A stretch of DNA of 64,000 nucleotides, taken from positions 124,001 through 188,000 of the forward strand of contig JAHLTZ010000034.1 in NCBI GenBank assembly GCA_025786725.1, written 5' to 3'. Both the position numbers and the translations under genes were made by a program. Source of the stretch: Syncephalis fuscata S228. Its lineage: Eukaryota > Fungi > Zoopagomycota. A model generated the notes under the pieces. The model had not been told where the DNA came from. It ran no database searches and saw only the letters and a list, made by a program, of their open reading frames with translations. Every line of letters starts with the position of its first letter. Positions within the stretch are counted from its first letter, which is position 1. Shown here piece by piece: positions 26,040 through 38,387 of the stretch.

Positions 26040-27249
26040 TTATGGAAGCAATGTGCTGAATACACGATCCCATATCTTGCTGGTAATGCCATAGCCAAGG
26101 TTGGCATCTTTGTAGTGATGTGCCAGATGATACGACTTCATAATTCGTATGTGTTCTCCCATTGGCTGGCCATGGTGCAGATAGTAGTGGGTAAGATCGT
26201 AGCCTACATAGCCAAATAGGATTCCAGAAAACACGGCGTTTGTAATGGGAATTGAGGGCATTAGCACTGAAAATAGGTTATACAACGGATAGGCAATGAT
26301 GATGGCTAAAGCAGGTGGCATGACTAGACGCATGCTATATAGACGTAAAGTTAGCATGTACTGATTATATGATAAAAGTAAACATTAACTTACCGATCCA
26401 TGGGCAAAAAGTGATGTATGCCATGAACAGTAAAATGCAAGGTAAGTGCCCAAGTGTGATCAGGCACCCAGTCATCGGCGTGAAAAACGAATCGATGCAG
26501 CACATATTCGACAAGTGTCCATAAAAGTGTGCCTATCGCAAATAGCGCGTAGGCGAGTTGTTGATCAAGTGCTGCCGCACCCCATGTAAATAGATAATAA
26601 ATGACTGGTAACCAGAATATAGGCACGACCCACCACGGTGTAAGCGATAGCGGTTCAAGCAATGAAGAGCCAAATAGACGAGCCGAGTAGGGCAGATAGC
26701 GTGGTTTATGTACTTCACGCATGTACTGTTCCTTTGTAAAATTGGAGGTCCACATTTGGTAGAACAAGGGCGTGTCAAAACTAAGAAATTCATTGTCATC
26801 GTCGGCAATCGTTGCGGGCCGGTTATTATTAAGTGCCCATTATTATTGTTGATGTTGTCGGCCTTTGTTTTGGCCACTGGCTCGTCCGATACAAGCCAGC
26901 CAATACAATACGACTCCAGCATTGCATAGGCGGCATTCGAGTGTAGATGCGTATCAGGATCAGATAATACGCGAGTAATATCTTCGCCGGCAAAAGCAAG
27001 TAATAATTCAGTACCGCCAGGATGATCTGCAGCAAATTCCGTAAGGTCAAAAACGCGCCCTTTAAAAGCTACATAAAGAGAATCGGGAGTCGAGTGCTTA
27101 TTGCGCAACTCTGCCATAGTAAAAGCGTGTGGCGATTGAGTTGCAGTAACCATAAAGGACATTGTTGTTGGTTTTTCGACATTTTGCTTAGCTATTTTGG
27201 AGTTAACCACTGTGGTCGTTGTAGTTTTGGCCTCGGCAATAGGAGACAT
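26040..27249 (-). CDS. SCS7: Sphingolipid fatty-acid 2-hydroxylase with N-terminal cytochrome b5 (Scs7/FA2H)
   Basis: b5 motif FDLTEFAADHPGG; His boxes YVLHRFVFH, HGIHH, THYYLHH, HLAHH; one intron (about 26337-26393) and an indel near 26830. Confidence 0.95.
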
Positions 27250-28496
27250 GTTGATTTGCTTTAATAACTTGTTCTGTAATCAATAGCGACGATGACGATT
27301 AGTTAAAACAAATAAATTCACATTTATGGTTACACAGCAAGCAAGTGGCAATACAATTCATGCAGCTGATAGGCACTTATTGATAGCAGTTGGTATTCAT
27401 TCTATACTAATGCTTCAACTATAAACTGCGTCTTATGGCCATTATCTATCTTATTAGCAGATGATAAAGTCGGCTTACAACGGCTTTATTTCGATTGAAG
27501 CATTTTGCATTGTTTATATCTTAAAATGAATTGTTTTTAGAAATAGGAGAGTACTACAATTATGTGAAAGTAATCAAATATTCACTCCATTCATTTTAAT
27601 AGCAACAATAGCTTCTCAACCCAATAGATAGCAAATAAGCAGTGATAAACTTACCTGTTAAATTGCTCGATATTGGGTGCCGATAGAGTCAACAAGCTGT
27701 GCTATTGATTTACATTGACTAATACGCGCAACAACTTTAAAGGAAAGATAATGAAAACCAAGAAAGTTCAGAGAGACAAAGAGCAAAAGATAGGTTAGTC
27801 GCAGAGTAAAAGATTCAAAGCTATGAGATATTTTGAATATTTAACGATAAGACTATTTAAGAAAGTGCGTAGGCTAAAAACGTGGTCTCAAAATAGTATG
27901 ATGAAATTCTCTTAAAATTATAAGGCATGTGCGTGATTTCTACACATAGGAATAAATAAATTCTCAGCCTATTTATTTATCTTCAGCTATTTTCTAAAAA
28001 AAGCTCCGCCGGGTTTTTTACAACAGATGTTTCGTCGGAAACCTTGTTCCGCTTTTGCAGTACTGATTCTCATCATTCACTTCCAGAGCAGGTACTTTTG
28101 CTTGCTTTTGTTACTCAGAAAAAAGCTTAGACAATTTGTCGTTATCTCCACCAAAAACTCCATTTAAAAGTTGTCAAGTTGATGGCATTTACTCCGTGCT
28201 ATGACTAAATCTCTTTCGGATAGCGTTGTTATTGGTCGGTAAATCGGATAAATTCCTATTTTTTACTATTTCTATTTTAATAACTCGATACTGGATTTTC
28301 TTTGACTAGTGTTGTTTTACTAGCCATTAGTACCTTTGTGGTAATAGTAGAACAATGCTGGTGAACACAACATACGCAGTAATAGATGTTTTATGCTGTA
28401 AATGCCAATAAAGCTACGAATTGGTGTCCATGCCATATACCTGTATTGTTGGTAAATATAGAAACAGGCATACTAATGGTAACATAAGTTTTTTTT

Positions 28497-28608
28497 AATT
28501 TCTTGGCATTCAGTATAGCAACCATTTTATTTGTTAGATAGTGGTATTTAATTAAATTTCTTGGCATTCAGTATAGCAACCATCATGTCTATTAAATAGT
28601 GGTATTTG
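28497..28608. repeat. Two-copy tandem direct repeat, 58-bp period
   Basis: AATTTCTTGGCATTCAGTATAGCAACCAT occurs at 28497 and 28555, each followed by …ATAGTGGTATTT. Confidence 0.85.
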
Positions 28609-29098
28609 GTTAGCATGCTTGTGTTACTCATTTATTAATAGTACTTCAATTGATTGTCTTTTTCTTGGCAAACATGGATTAAGACTGTGTTTTAGATTTT
28701 GTGGATACCAAACCAGTTCTAAAGACAATAGCTAATTTTAAAGACAATAAAAATAGTAAGCTATAGGACAGTTCTACCATCAATACATACATATATAAAC
28801 GTATACATATATATATATATGTGTGTGTGAGTGGGTGTGTGGTGTAAATTGTAAATTTGAATTTACTAAATATTTTAATAAGGTATTAAATTGATTACAA
28901 TAACTATCTATAATAAATATATAATCACATTGAGCTATATTACCAGTCATTATTATCATTATCAGTATCATTATCATCAAATTCTTGCTCGAGCAACGTG
29001 ATATTTGCGTTAATTTATGCATTTATTCTCGTTATCAGATGCTCAATATTTAAAATCTAATATTAGCAACAAGATTAAAATACATAGAAAATTATGAG

Positions 29099-29212
29099 CC
29101 AATCAACGCGCACCATCTAATATCACGCCACACCAATAAATACATGACGGATCAGTTGCCTGTTTCAATATCATCGCAAGGCCAGTGGCGTGGTCAACTA
29201 GCGCCAACCAAT
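29099..29212 (+). promoter_or_regulatory. Putative sterol regulatory elements interleaved with CCAAT boxes upstream of ERG25 copy 1
   Basis: ATCACGCCAC 29122-29131; GTGGCGTGGT 29185-29194 (reverse ACCACGCCAC); CCAAT at 29099, 29133 and 29208. Confidence 0.55.
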
Positions 29213-29387
29213 CCGAGATAGTGCATGATAACGCCAGCCATCTGTAGTTACTCGAAAAGCCTTTAAATATACGCTAGTTCTGTTGTTTCCTCTGTTGCTT
29301 CTTATTGTCCTACGTGCTATTAGTTTATTTTGCCAGCGGTCTAACAATCCCGACACTATATACACCGTCATTCTTAAAGTTTACTAT

Positions 29388-30585
29388 ATGTCTTGCAACG
29401 CTACTGCCGGTGCCGTATGTACCGAGGCGTCAAAGTATTACTTCACCTATGAAGGAAAGCCGTACACGCCTAATGTGTGGGAGCAGCTATGGCTGGATAT
29501 GTTCCATGGTCGCGACCCAGCCACTGTGCTTGTTGTGTTTTCGTTTGTTATGCACGAAGCATTTTACTTTGGTCGCTACTTGCCGTTTTATATTCTTGAT
29601 TTCTTTCCATCAATGAACAAATACAAGATTCAACAGGTAAGTTGAAATACAGTGTAAATTTTTTTTATTAATTCACACATTAAATTGTCGTTTCATAGAA
29701 CAAAGAAAATACATCAGAGTTACAATGGAAGTGCATGCGTAAATTAATGTTCAACCATGTATTTATTCAACTGCCTATGATGTTTGGATTTCATTCGGTT
29801 GCCGAATTCTTTGGCATGAAAATCATTGATATCTTTCCAACATGGTAAGTATTTAGTTAATTAATTAACTACTTAATTATAAGGCCACTGTTGTGGTTAT
29901 ACATATTAACACTCAAACGCTCAGGCAATCATTTTTACTACAGCTTGCCTTGTTTTTTGTTTTTGAAGATTTCTATCATTACTGGATGCATCGCCTAATG
30001 CATATACCGCAACTTTACAAATATGTCCACAAAGTGCACCATGAGTTTTCGGACCATTTGGTATTGTAAGTAATTAGCGGCAAAAGAGATGCGCTTTTAT
30101 AGCTTAAATTAACTGCACAATAACTAATCGTACTATTATGCTACTAGACGGCCGAGTATGCGCATCCAATTGAGACTCTTGTGCTCGGTATGGGTACTAT
30201 CGGCGGTCCTTGCCTCTGGGTGATGGCCACGGGCGATCTGCATGTTATGACAATGTTTGCGTGGATTATTCTCCGTTTATTGCAAACTGTCGATGCACAC
30301 AGCGGCTACGATTTTCCCTTTTCCATGCATCGCTGGTGTCCATTTTGGGGAGGTAAGCCCATTAGTCATGTCTAAGGCCATAACGATTAACTGACTAGCA
30401 CAAACTTGTGGGTCAATTGTACAGGCGCCGACCATCACGACTACCACCACATGTCTTTTGTGAATAACTTTTCAAGCAGTTTCCGCTGGTGGGATACTTT
30501 ATTCGGCACCGATCTTAAATACATCGCGTACAAAAAGCAAAAACGCGAGGAGGAGGCCGCTTTAGCCGCGAAAAAGGTGGAATAA
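29388..30585 (+). CDS. ERG25: C-4 methylsterol oxidase, copy 1, spliced
   Basis: [61 protein letters not shown]; KKVE ER-retrieval end; indel near 30052. Confidence 0.95.
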
Positions 30586-31593
30586 GCATTTGTCAAGATT
30601 TAATCTGTATATTGTCTGGCTTTCAACATCAGAAAATACTATTATTGTAGTATTTGTGAACAAATTTATACGTAAAACATTGCAATATATTTTATGTTTT
30701 TGCTCGAAATAGTTTTGTTCCACGTGTGTCAATCGTAATTATTAGCGTGTTGTTTAGCACGTTTTCGTAGGTGTGAGCCGTGCAACATCATGGTTTTCAG
30801 GGTGGACTAAAGGGGCGCAGTAGTACCTGCCTAATAAAATGGTATTGTCTTTAAGGCCTAAAGAATAGACATAAACTATACTGCTATTGATTGTTAAATT
30901 GTGTATTACAAGCATAATAGTACGCAAAGTCAAACGCATAGGGACACAGGCCATCAACAGCAATGTTTGAGATCAACATTCGAGTATTGTTATTGTTTTA
31001 TAGGCGGTAATATTAGACTAATATACGGCAACTAAATATTGCCAACTTCTACGCTACTTATTAGCATTTAGTAAAAGTAATATGGCCAAGCCAGCTGCTA
31101 TAAATGATAGATTGTGGACCTTACAGCTCCCATAGCTCAATAACGAATGCTGTTATCTGACTGGTGTAACAACTTTAGTCTTTGTTCGCTCTAGATGCAC
31201 AAAGACAATGGGGCTAGTGGTTGTCTTTAGGAGAAACATTTGCCTTAGTTTTTATTTTTATTCATGTTTTTCTTGAAACTATTTAGCCCATTGGTTTAAC
31301 GAAATCATCCGCACAACTGATAGTAACTGTATTCGTGCTCCTGCATATATCGTTTGTGAGTTTTATATGCCACGAGCTCAGCGACGGAGTATTTGCGGAC
31401 ATCTCACTCGGCCTTATCGCGATGTTACAACGCTAGCTAACATAATTACAAGGCCAGTTTTACGGTTTAAAAGGAGAATGGTAGTATCACTTTATCGATA
31501 CCATCGCTCTATCCATCAAAAATTTTATTATTTAATTATCAGCGCATATTTGGCAGCAATATTTAATAGGCATAAACGGCAGCTTATTTTAAA

Positions 31594-32713
31594 ATGGAAT
31601 GCGATGCTAGTTTAGGAAAAGTCTGCGTAGCCGCAAATAGCACGCTAAAATTCTTTACCGATGAAGGCCTGCCTTACACTCCAAATTTTCTTGAGCAACA
31701 ATGGATTAGCATGTTCAGCGGCCGTGACCCGGCAATTGTGCTTGGTGTTTTCATTTTTATTATAATGGAGTCTATTCATTTTGGTGGTGTGTTATTTTAC
31801 GCATTTCTTAGCCAGTTCTCATTTATGGAAAAATATCAACTCCAGGTAATAGTGTCCGTATTAATTTTATGCTTATTTTACTTATTCATAATATGACAGT
31901 CTAAAACAATGTCTTTTGCCGAACAATGGAAATGTCTTCGTTTAGTGATATTCAACCAGATTGTTGTAACGCTGCCCTCATCTTTTCTATTCTACAGCTC
32001 TGCCGTACAGTTTGGTGTTAAAGTAATTGATGTGTTTCCAACATGGTATGTAGCATAATGGCTCTATAAATACACTGTTGGCTAATGCCTATAATTAGGC
32101 AAACTTTTCTATTTCAAGTTGTATTGTTTTGTGTGTATGGTGATTTCTACCATTACTGGGCTCATCGTTTCCTACATTTGCCATGGATGTACCGTAATTT
32201 CCACAAAACACACCATGAATTCCCAGCACCAGCAGGAATTGTAAGTCATTATTAAATACAATTAATGTTGATCGTACTTACACCAGTATAGGTGGCCGAA
32301 TACACTCACCCGGTCGAGACGCTTATTTATAGTTTTGGCATTACGTTTGGGCCTTTCTTATGGGCTGCCTTTGTCAGCGATGTCCATGCCATCACGATAA
32401 TTACATGGGTGGCTTTATTTATTCTACATTCCACAGACACACATACCGGCTATGAAATGCCATGGTCGCTACACAACATTATTCCATTCTTTGCTGGTAA
32501 GTCTTAGCTACTGGAGTAACCTATCTCTTGTTAACATATCTATGCTATTAAGCTACCGAGCATCACGATTACCACCATGTATCGTTCAGCAATAACTTTT
32601 CAAATATGTTTACATGGTGGGATGTTTTATTTGGCACTGATGGTCGTTTTACCGCCTACAAGGAAAAGCGACGAGCGGCCAAAGCCAAAGCTACTTTGAA
32701 AAAAATCAACTAG
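31594..32713 (+). CDS. ERG25: C-4 methylsterol oxidase-like, diverged tandem copy 2, spliced
   Basis: Same intron positions as copy 1; HYWAHRFLH, HKTHHEF, AEYTHPVE, HSTDTHTGY, HHDYHH; KKIN end. Confidence 0.88.
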
Positions 32714-33099
32714 ATTAGCGTTTTGAACAAGTTAAACGACAAGGGCTATTATTAACACTTTTACTATAAAATCTTATATTATCGATTACTATACCATTAT
32801 TAATAGTAATAAATACACTAAATGAAATCATTTACAAATCATCTGCTCATAGCAAATAGCTATTAGCCAATATACCAATACTATGCGAATGCCTATATTT
32901 ACACGCTATTAATGCAGCAATTCATATTTATTAAAAAGTAAAATTAGAAAACTCGCAAAATCTAAACATTAAAAGTATTGTTACAAGATTATATAGCTGA
33001 TGTGACATCATCACTACTGCCTGTTTCTTTCTTTCTCTGTTTTCTTAATACGTACTCATTCCATCAAGTTGTCATTCTTATTGAATCTATTGATCGGCT

Positions 33100-33771
33100 A
33101 TGACCTCTCAGCACTATATACCGCCTCAGGTACGTCGGCAATGACTTGTATAGCGCTATTACTAACGACTTCTATAGAATTTCGGCTATATTGAAGAGAA
33201 TCTTTATCGTTCTGGCCAGCCCAATGAACTGAACTTTCCCTTCTTGGAAAAACTTGGCTTAAAGACGTTGCTCTGGCTGGCTCCTGAAGAACCTAATGAA
33301 CGATTGTATGTTAAGAGATTATATAAAATACTATGAAACTCACCATTATTGTTAGTATGACATTTATCCAGGATCAAGATATTGATTTTCATCATTTAGG
33401 CGTGGTGACTGCAGCCAGTGCCTGGGATCCCATTACTGAGGAGGTAGTTCTTGATGCGCTGGATTTAATTCTACGAGCAAAACATCATCCAATGATTATT
33501 ATGTGCAATTTGGGACGTCATCGCACGGGTAAGTAGCCAACCATTGAGTGGTTAATTGGTTACGCAACAGTAATAATCATAACTATAATCGATTTGAACA
33601 GGAACGGTAGTTGGATGTTTGCGTAAATTACAACGCTGGAATCTAGCATCTATCTTTGATGAGTATCGACGACATGCTGGTCAAAAAGTACGAGTACATA
33701 ACGAACAATTTATTGAACTATTTGATACGGACCTGGTTAGCAAACCAGAGGATGCACCCTCTTGGCTGTAA
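33100..33771 (+). CDS. OCA1: PFA-DSP family phosphatase, Oca1-like (Siw14/Oca family), spliced
   Basis: [60 protein letters not shown]. Confidence 0.88.
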
Positions 33772-33866
33772 AAACAGATTTATTCAAACATCAATATGAT
33801 ACTATAGTAATTACAATAACATTAATAATAATAAACAAGCTGATTAGTACAATAGTTATAGGCCAT

Positions 33867-36699
33867 TTAGCCATCTAACTTTTTTATTAAATCATCGCGT
33901 TGTTGTTCTCTGCATCGTGTACGCAGTCCACCCAACATTACACCCATGCCATGCATCTGTGGATTGTATTGATACAGTTTCACCGTTTTTACAGCCTTAT
34001 CAAGTTCGCCGTGTCGCATATAAGCCTCTACTAAAGCAGCACCATTATTGCCATTTACTTTTACACCATCTATCTTCGTAGCTATATGCCATATGTTATT
34101 TGTCTCTTTAACAGTAAGTCCTCGACCCGATAGATCCAAGAGTACTGACAGCAATGCATTATCTATTTTTGCTGCAGATTCAGCTGAAGTAGATAGCTCG
34201 GTCCGCATACGTTGCCAAAATGCATATCCTTCTTTATCTTGACCAGCACGGGCATATGCTTGTACCATCGCCGTAATAATATGTGGCGTTATTGGAATCT
34301 GCTTTTCTAGATCTTTCTCGTTCTTTAGAGCTAGCAGCTCATCAAACCATTGTTGGGCCAGTGATAATTCTCGTTGTCGAGCAAAGACCAGTAAAGCAAT
34401 AGCGTAGTTTTGTTCACCTAATAAATAGCCATCACTTTCAAGTTCCTTTCTTACTGTGCATATATCCTCGACAGATAAACGCTGTGCGGCCGCAATCATA
34501 TGTGCCGTCCATGCATCACGCTTAGGCACTGGTAAATGCATTTCTTCACGTGCCCGTTTATAAATACGTCGTACTTGATCTAAATCTCCCTTTTGGGCAT
34601 AGCCTAATGCTAATGCATGGACCACCCGATAGGATAGATCCGGAGACGGTAATGAATGTGACGTTTTTATATAGACGGCTAGCTGTTCTTCTGCTTCATC
34701 TAGACGTCCTTTAGTCGATAGTGCTTGTAATTGTGCGGCTATTACCCATATATCGCTGAAAGCACCGCGATCTAATGCTTCAGTTGCTATCTCTAAGGCT
34801 TTTTCTGGCTTTTGCCATGCCAAATAGACGCGCATCATTGGTGCCACTAAAAATTCATGATAAATACCCCATTGCTTAACCAACTCCATGTATAGCTGTT
34901 CTGCCATACTAAAATAGTGCTTATGACCACGTCGGCCATACGCATCGATCAATGTACCGGCCGTTTGAGCATGAGGCCACAGCGTACATATAACCGTTTT
35001 ATGCCTGTCTCTTTCTTCGTCCTCTTCTTCTTCTTCCATACGTGTATTGTATAACTCAACATCATCTTCATCACGTAAACGTATAGCAACTAGCTCTCCT
35101 TTTGGTCCAGTAATTACCGTATTGGATGTTGATGACGTTGTTTGTTGCTGTTCTTGTCGCCGTAATGTATCGATAAGCATTTCGTCAAGTACCTGCCTTG
35201 CACTAGTCAATTGCTTTCGCACGATGTGAGAATGAATCATTGCCGAATAGATTAAAACTTGCCGTCCATCTGTATGACCATCCTGTCGACATGTATTATA
35301 TACACTTTCGGCTTTAAGATGGTGTCCATGACTGGCCAATCGCTCAATTAACAATCGATTGGCCGCTGCATGTGGTAAACGATTTGTGGCCACCTCTGCC
35401 TCGAATATATTCCATGCCACAAGTACTCGCTTATCTAATGTCCATTGACTAGATTCAGGCTCTGCCACTGCTTGTTGTAGTAATAAATGGAGTAGACGTG
35501 ATACTGAACGACGATTGGGCTGTCCACCAGCCTCGATAGTTTCTGTGTATAGTTTATAGATTACGGAGAGCGAATAGGGTGGGCGTAGTGTACTGCCGGT
35601 TAATAGCTTTTCTCCCAACGAGCCTGGCATAACAAAACCATCTCGCCGGGCTTTGTCTAAAAGACGTGTGGCCATAGGCGGTACACGGAAGGCTGTCCAT
35701 TCAAGTAGTGCACACCAAGCAGAACTTGATAGTCGAATGGATGGTGACAGTGCACCCAATATTAGACGACGTAATGGCGTCATACCACGAGCCGGATGTT
35801 TCATACTTAGTGTTGTTGCCAATTGATCAGTATCATCGCCATCTTCATTTTCTTGGTCTTGCTGTTCATTCTTGTCGTCGTCGTCTTCTTGTTGTTGTTT
35901 GGGCTGCTTCATTAAGCGTGGGTCAATTTGAGCAGCAGCCATAATCGTCTCTTCAATGGCCACACCACGCATAGCAGTCATATTTGACATCATACGGTGA
36001 GAGATACGGCTACTAATAAGAAGAATACGCAGTGGTCGACCTCGCCCTTGTTCTCGTTGCATCCATATGGCTATCAGTTCCCATTAAATAGCTGTACTTT
36101 GTATTTAAATAAAGCGTCAAGAAAGCAATCAAATAATGATCTTTCCGTTACTTCATCTGAGCTATTGAATGTTACATTATGATAAGTCGATGAAGCATTT
36201 AAATGCATTAGTCGGAAAGTTTTTTCCATTAATTTTGTTGGTGTTTTACGTAATTGATAATTTGCCATGAATGGCTGCATTGCCTCCCAAACCATTGAAG
36301 GATCCCGCTCTCTTAGTCCAATTCTCCATGCTCGGTATCTTCTTCTTCTTTCAATCTACCCTCTGGTTTAACGGATAAAATTGATGATAATTGTGTATTA
36401 ATACGTTTTTTTGCAAATTTATGAGTATTCGTATTTTTTGTAGTAACGCTATAGTCAGTTGACGCTGTTTTCTCTATTATATTATTCGTTTTTACGCAGT
36501 TAATCGTCGACGTAGTATTATCAAAGAAGGGTGGCGATTCATGTGTTGAGCGATTATCATAAGCACGAATAGTGGACTGTACTGTGAACTGTCGTTGAAG
36601 ATTACTGCGTCCTACAATAGACGCGCGTGTTTTTGTAAAGTATATTGGTCGCTGAGTTAAGTGACGCGGCTTTGAAGTACATAATATAGATCGGTACAT
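33867..36699 (-). CDS. Pentatricopeptide-repeat (PPR) protein, probably mitochondrial; intronless, two apparent indels
   Basis: PPR-like units (IYSAMIHSH…ARQVLDEM, TLIDAYGRRG…AEQLYMEL, TAMVQAYARAG…FWQRM, ALVEAYMRHGELDKA); R/S/T-rich N-terminus; ORFs join at about 36340 and 36085. Confidence 0.82.
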
Positions 36700-38387
36700 T
36701 CCTTAAAGCTAAGAACTACAACGTAGCTCTGACCAACCACTTATACTTTTGTAAAAGAGATTCTAGCAAAATACAATTGTCAAAAAAGTTAAAAACTGAT
36801 TACTATAAAAGTAATAAATCTTAAAAAAGTCGCATTTTTAATATTTAATTAGAATTATTTTACTTTGGCTAAATTTAATGCAAGTATTATCAAATACTAA
36901 CAAGCTTTATTATAGGTCATTCGACTAGTACAACGCTAGTGATGTGTTTATTATTTTACTCCAAGTAGAATAGTAGCATGCTGTCATATATTCTATCTAG
37001 TTTATTAGTTAAATAAAATATTACAGCTAGTTACATTTAATACAGCACATTAACACGCCATTTTAACAATGATATCGCAATTTATTTAGATTATCTTCAA
37101 TTCATTAATATTTTAGAATAGTTTGGGTCAAAAGAGTATGAATAATTGAAATACAAATGAAAGAGTTGCTCAAGTAGTGGAACAAAATAAAGAGTAAAAC
37201 TAATTGTATAAATAAATACAACTATAGAATAGTGTCAACAGTAGAGTACTGTACATAATAAAGAAAATAGACAACATGCAGTATAGATAAGCATATTTAT
37301 AGAACATGTTAACAGTAAAACAACAATAGCAGAAACAAAAAGATATTCTAAATGAATTACTATATAAAAACTATCGCCGCATAACACTAACACCTTACTA
37401 ATATAAATTAATTACACATTCATCTATAAATATGTAATGTGCTGTTACACGATTTAGCCATAGGGTGTCTATTAATCTATTGGTTCTATAGAAACTGTGA
37501 TGCTGCATCATTCGAATTTTATCACTGTTTTCATCGACAATTGCCATCCTCAATATCTGCATGCACATAGGGTGCTCAACTCTGATGCAACAGTAACGTT
37601 AATGCATTGAATCTGTACTTTTACTCAAATGTTTACTGCTATGCATAAACCAGATATAATGCCTCAAGTCGTAGAGCTATATCAATTTACTCATCCATAC
37701 ATCCTATTGACACTACAGGCTATCTACAATAATAAATAGGGTGTTTTAGCGTCATACTAACAGTCATTGATACAAATACCATTGCTAACCATTTATTACC
37801 GGTGTTAACTGTTGACTCTTGTATAGCAATAATTTGACAATGACATCCTATAGCTATAATACTGTTACATAGTGCAAAACTACTAATGAAACAAATGTTT
37901 ACAAACTGATGCATTTGAAAACTTCGTTTGATTATACTAATAATGGCTTATTGTCGATATACACACCGTATAAATAAACTGAAACATATTGAGACTTGGA
38001 CATATGACAGAATTAAATTCAAAGACATTTTTGCAGTTTATGGACAAGTAGTACCACCAAGGCCATTCATCCATTGTACTCATTATCCTTAATTGCTTCT
38101 AACATGCAAATTCCTGGTAGGCCATTTAAAAGTACTCAATATTACTTTGACTACTAAAAAAACCTGTATCATCCCGGCTGTGGTGATTATCCCCCCACGT
38201 CTCTACTATTCATTATTTAAACCAGATTAGCCGTTTCAATATAGCACACGCTCTCCACTTCTTCCGCTTTTATAATCGCACATAACAACGAGCAGACGTT
38301 ATTTTATAAAGACACTTGGTATATCTATTCCAGAAATAACTCCGTTTTATTTTTCTTCTTTTTCTTTTGTACTGGTTGCTTATCAAT

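Noticed and set aside
28497-28670. Possible CRISPR-like array (29-bp repeat)
   Set aside because: Only two full copies, the intervening sequences resemble each other, eukaryotic context and no cas genes.
37300-38100. Hydrophobic short ORFs on the minus strand (possible degraded membrane-protein gene)
   Set aside because: No recognisable motif or consistent exon chain; expected by chance in AT-rich DNA.
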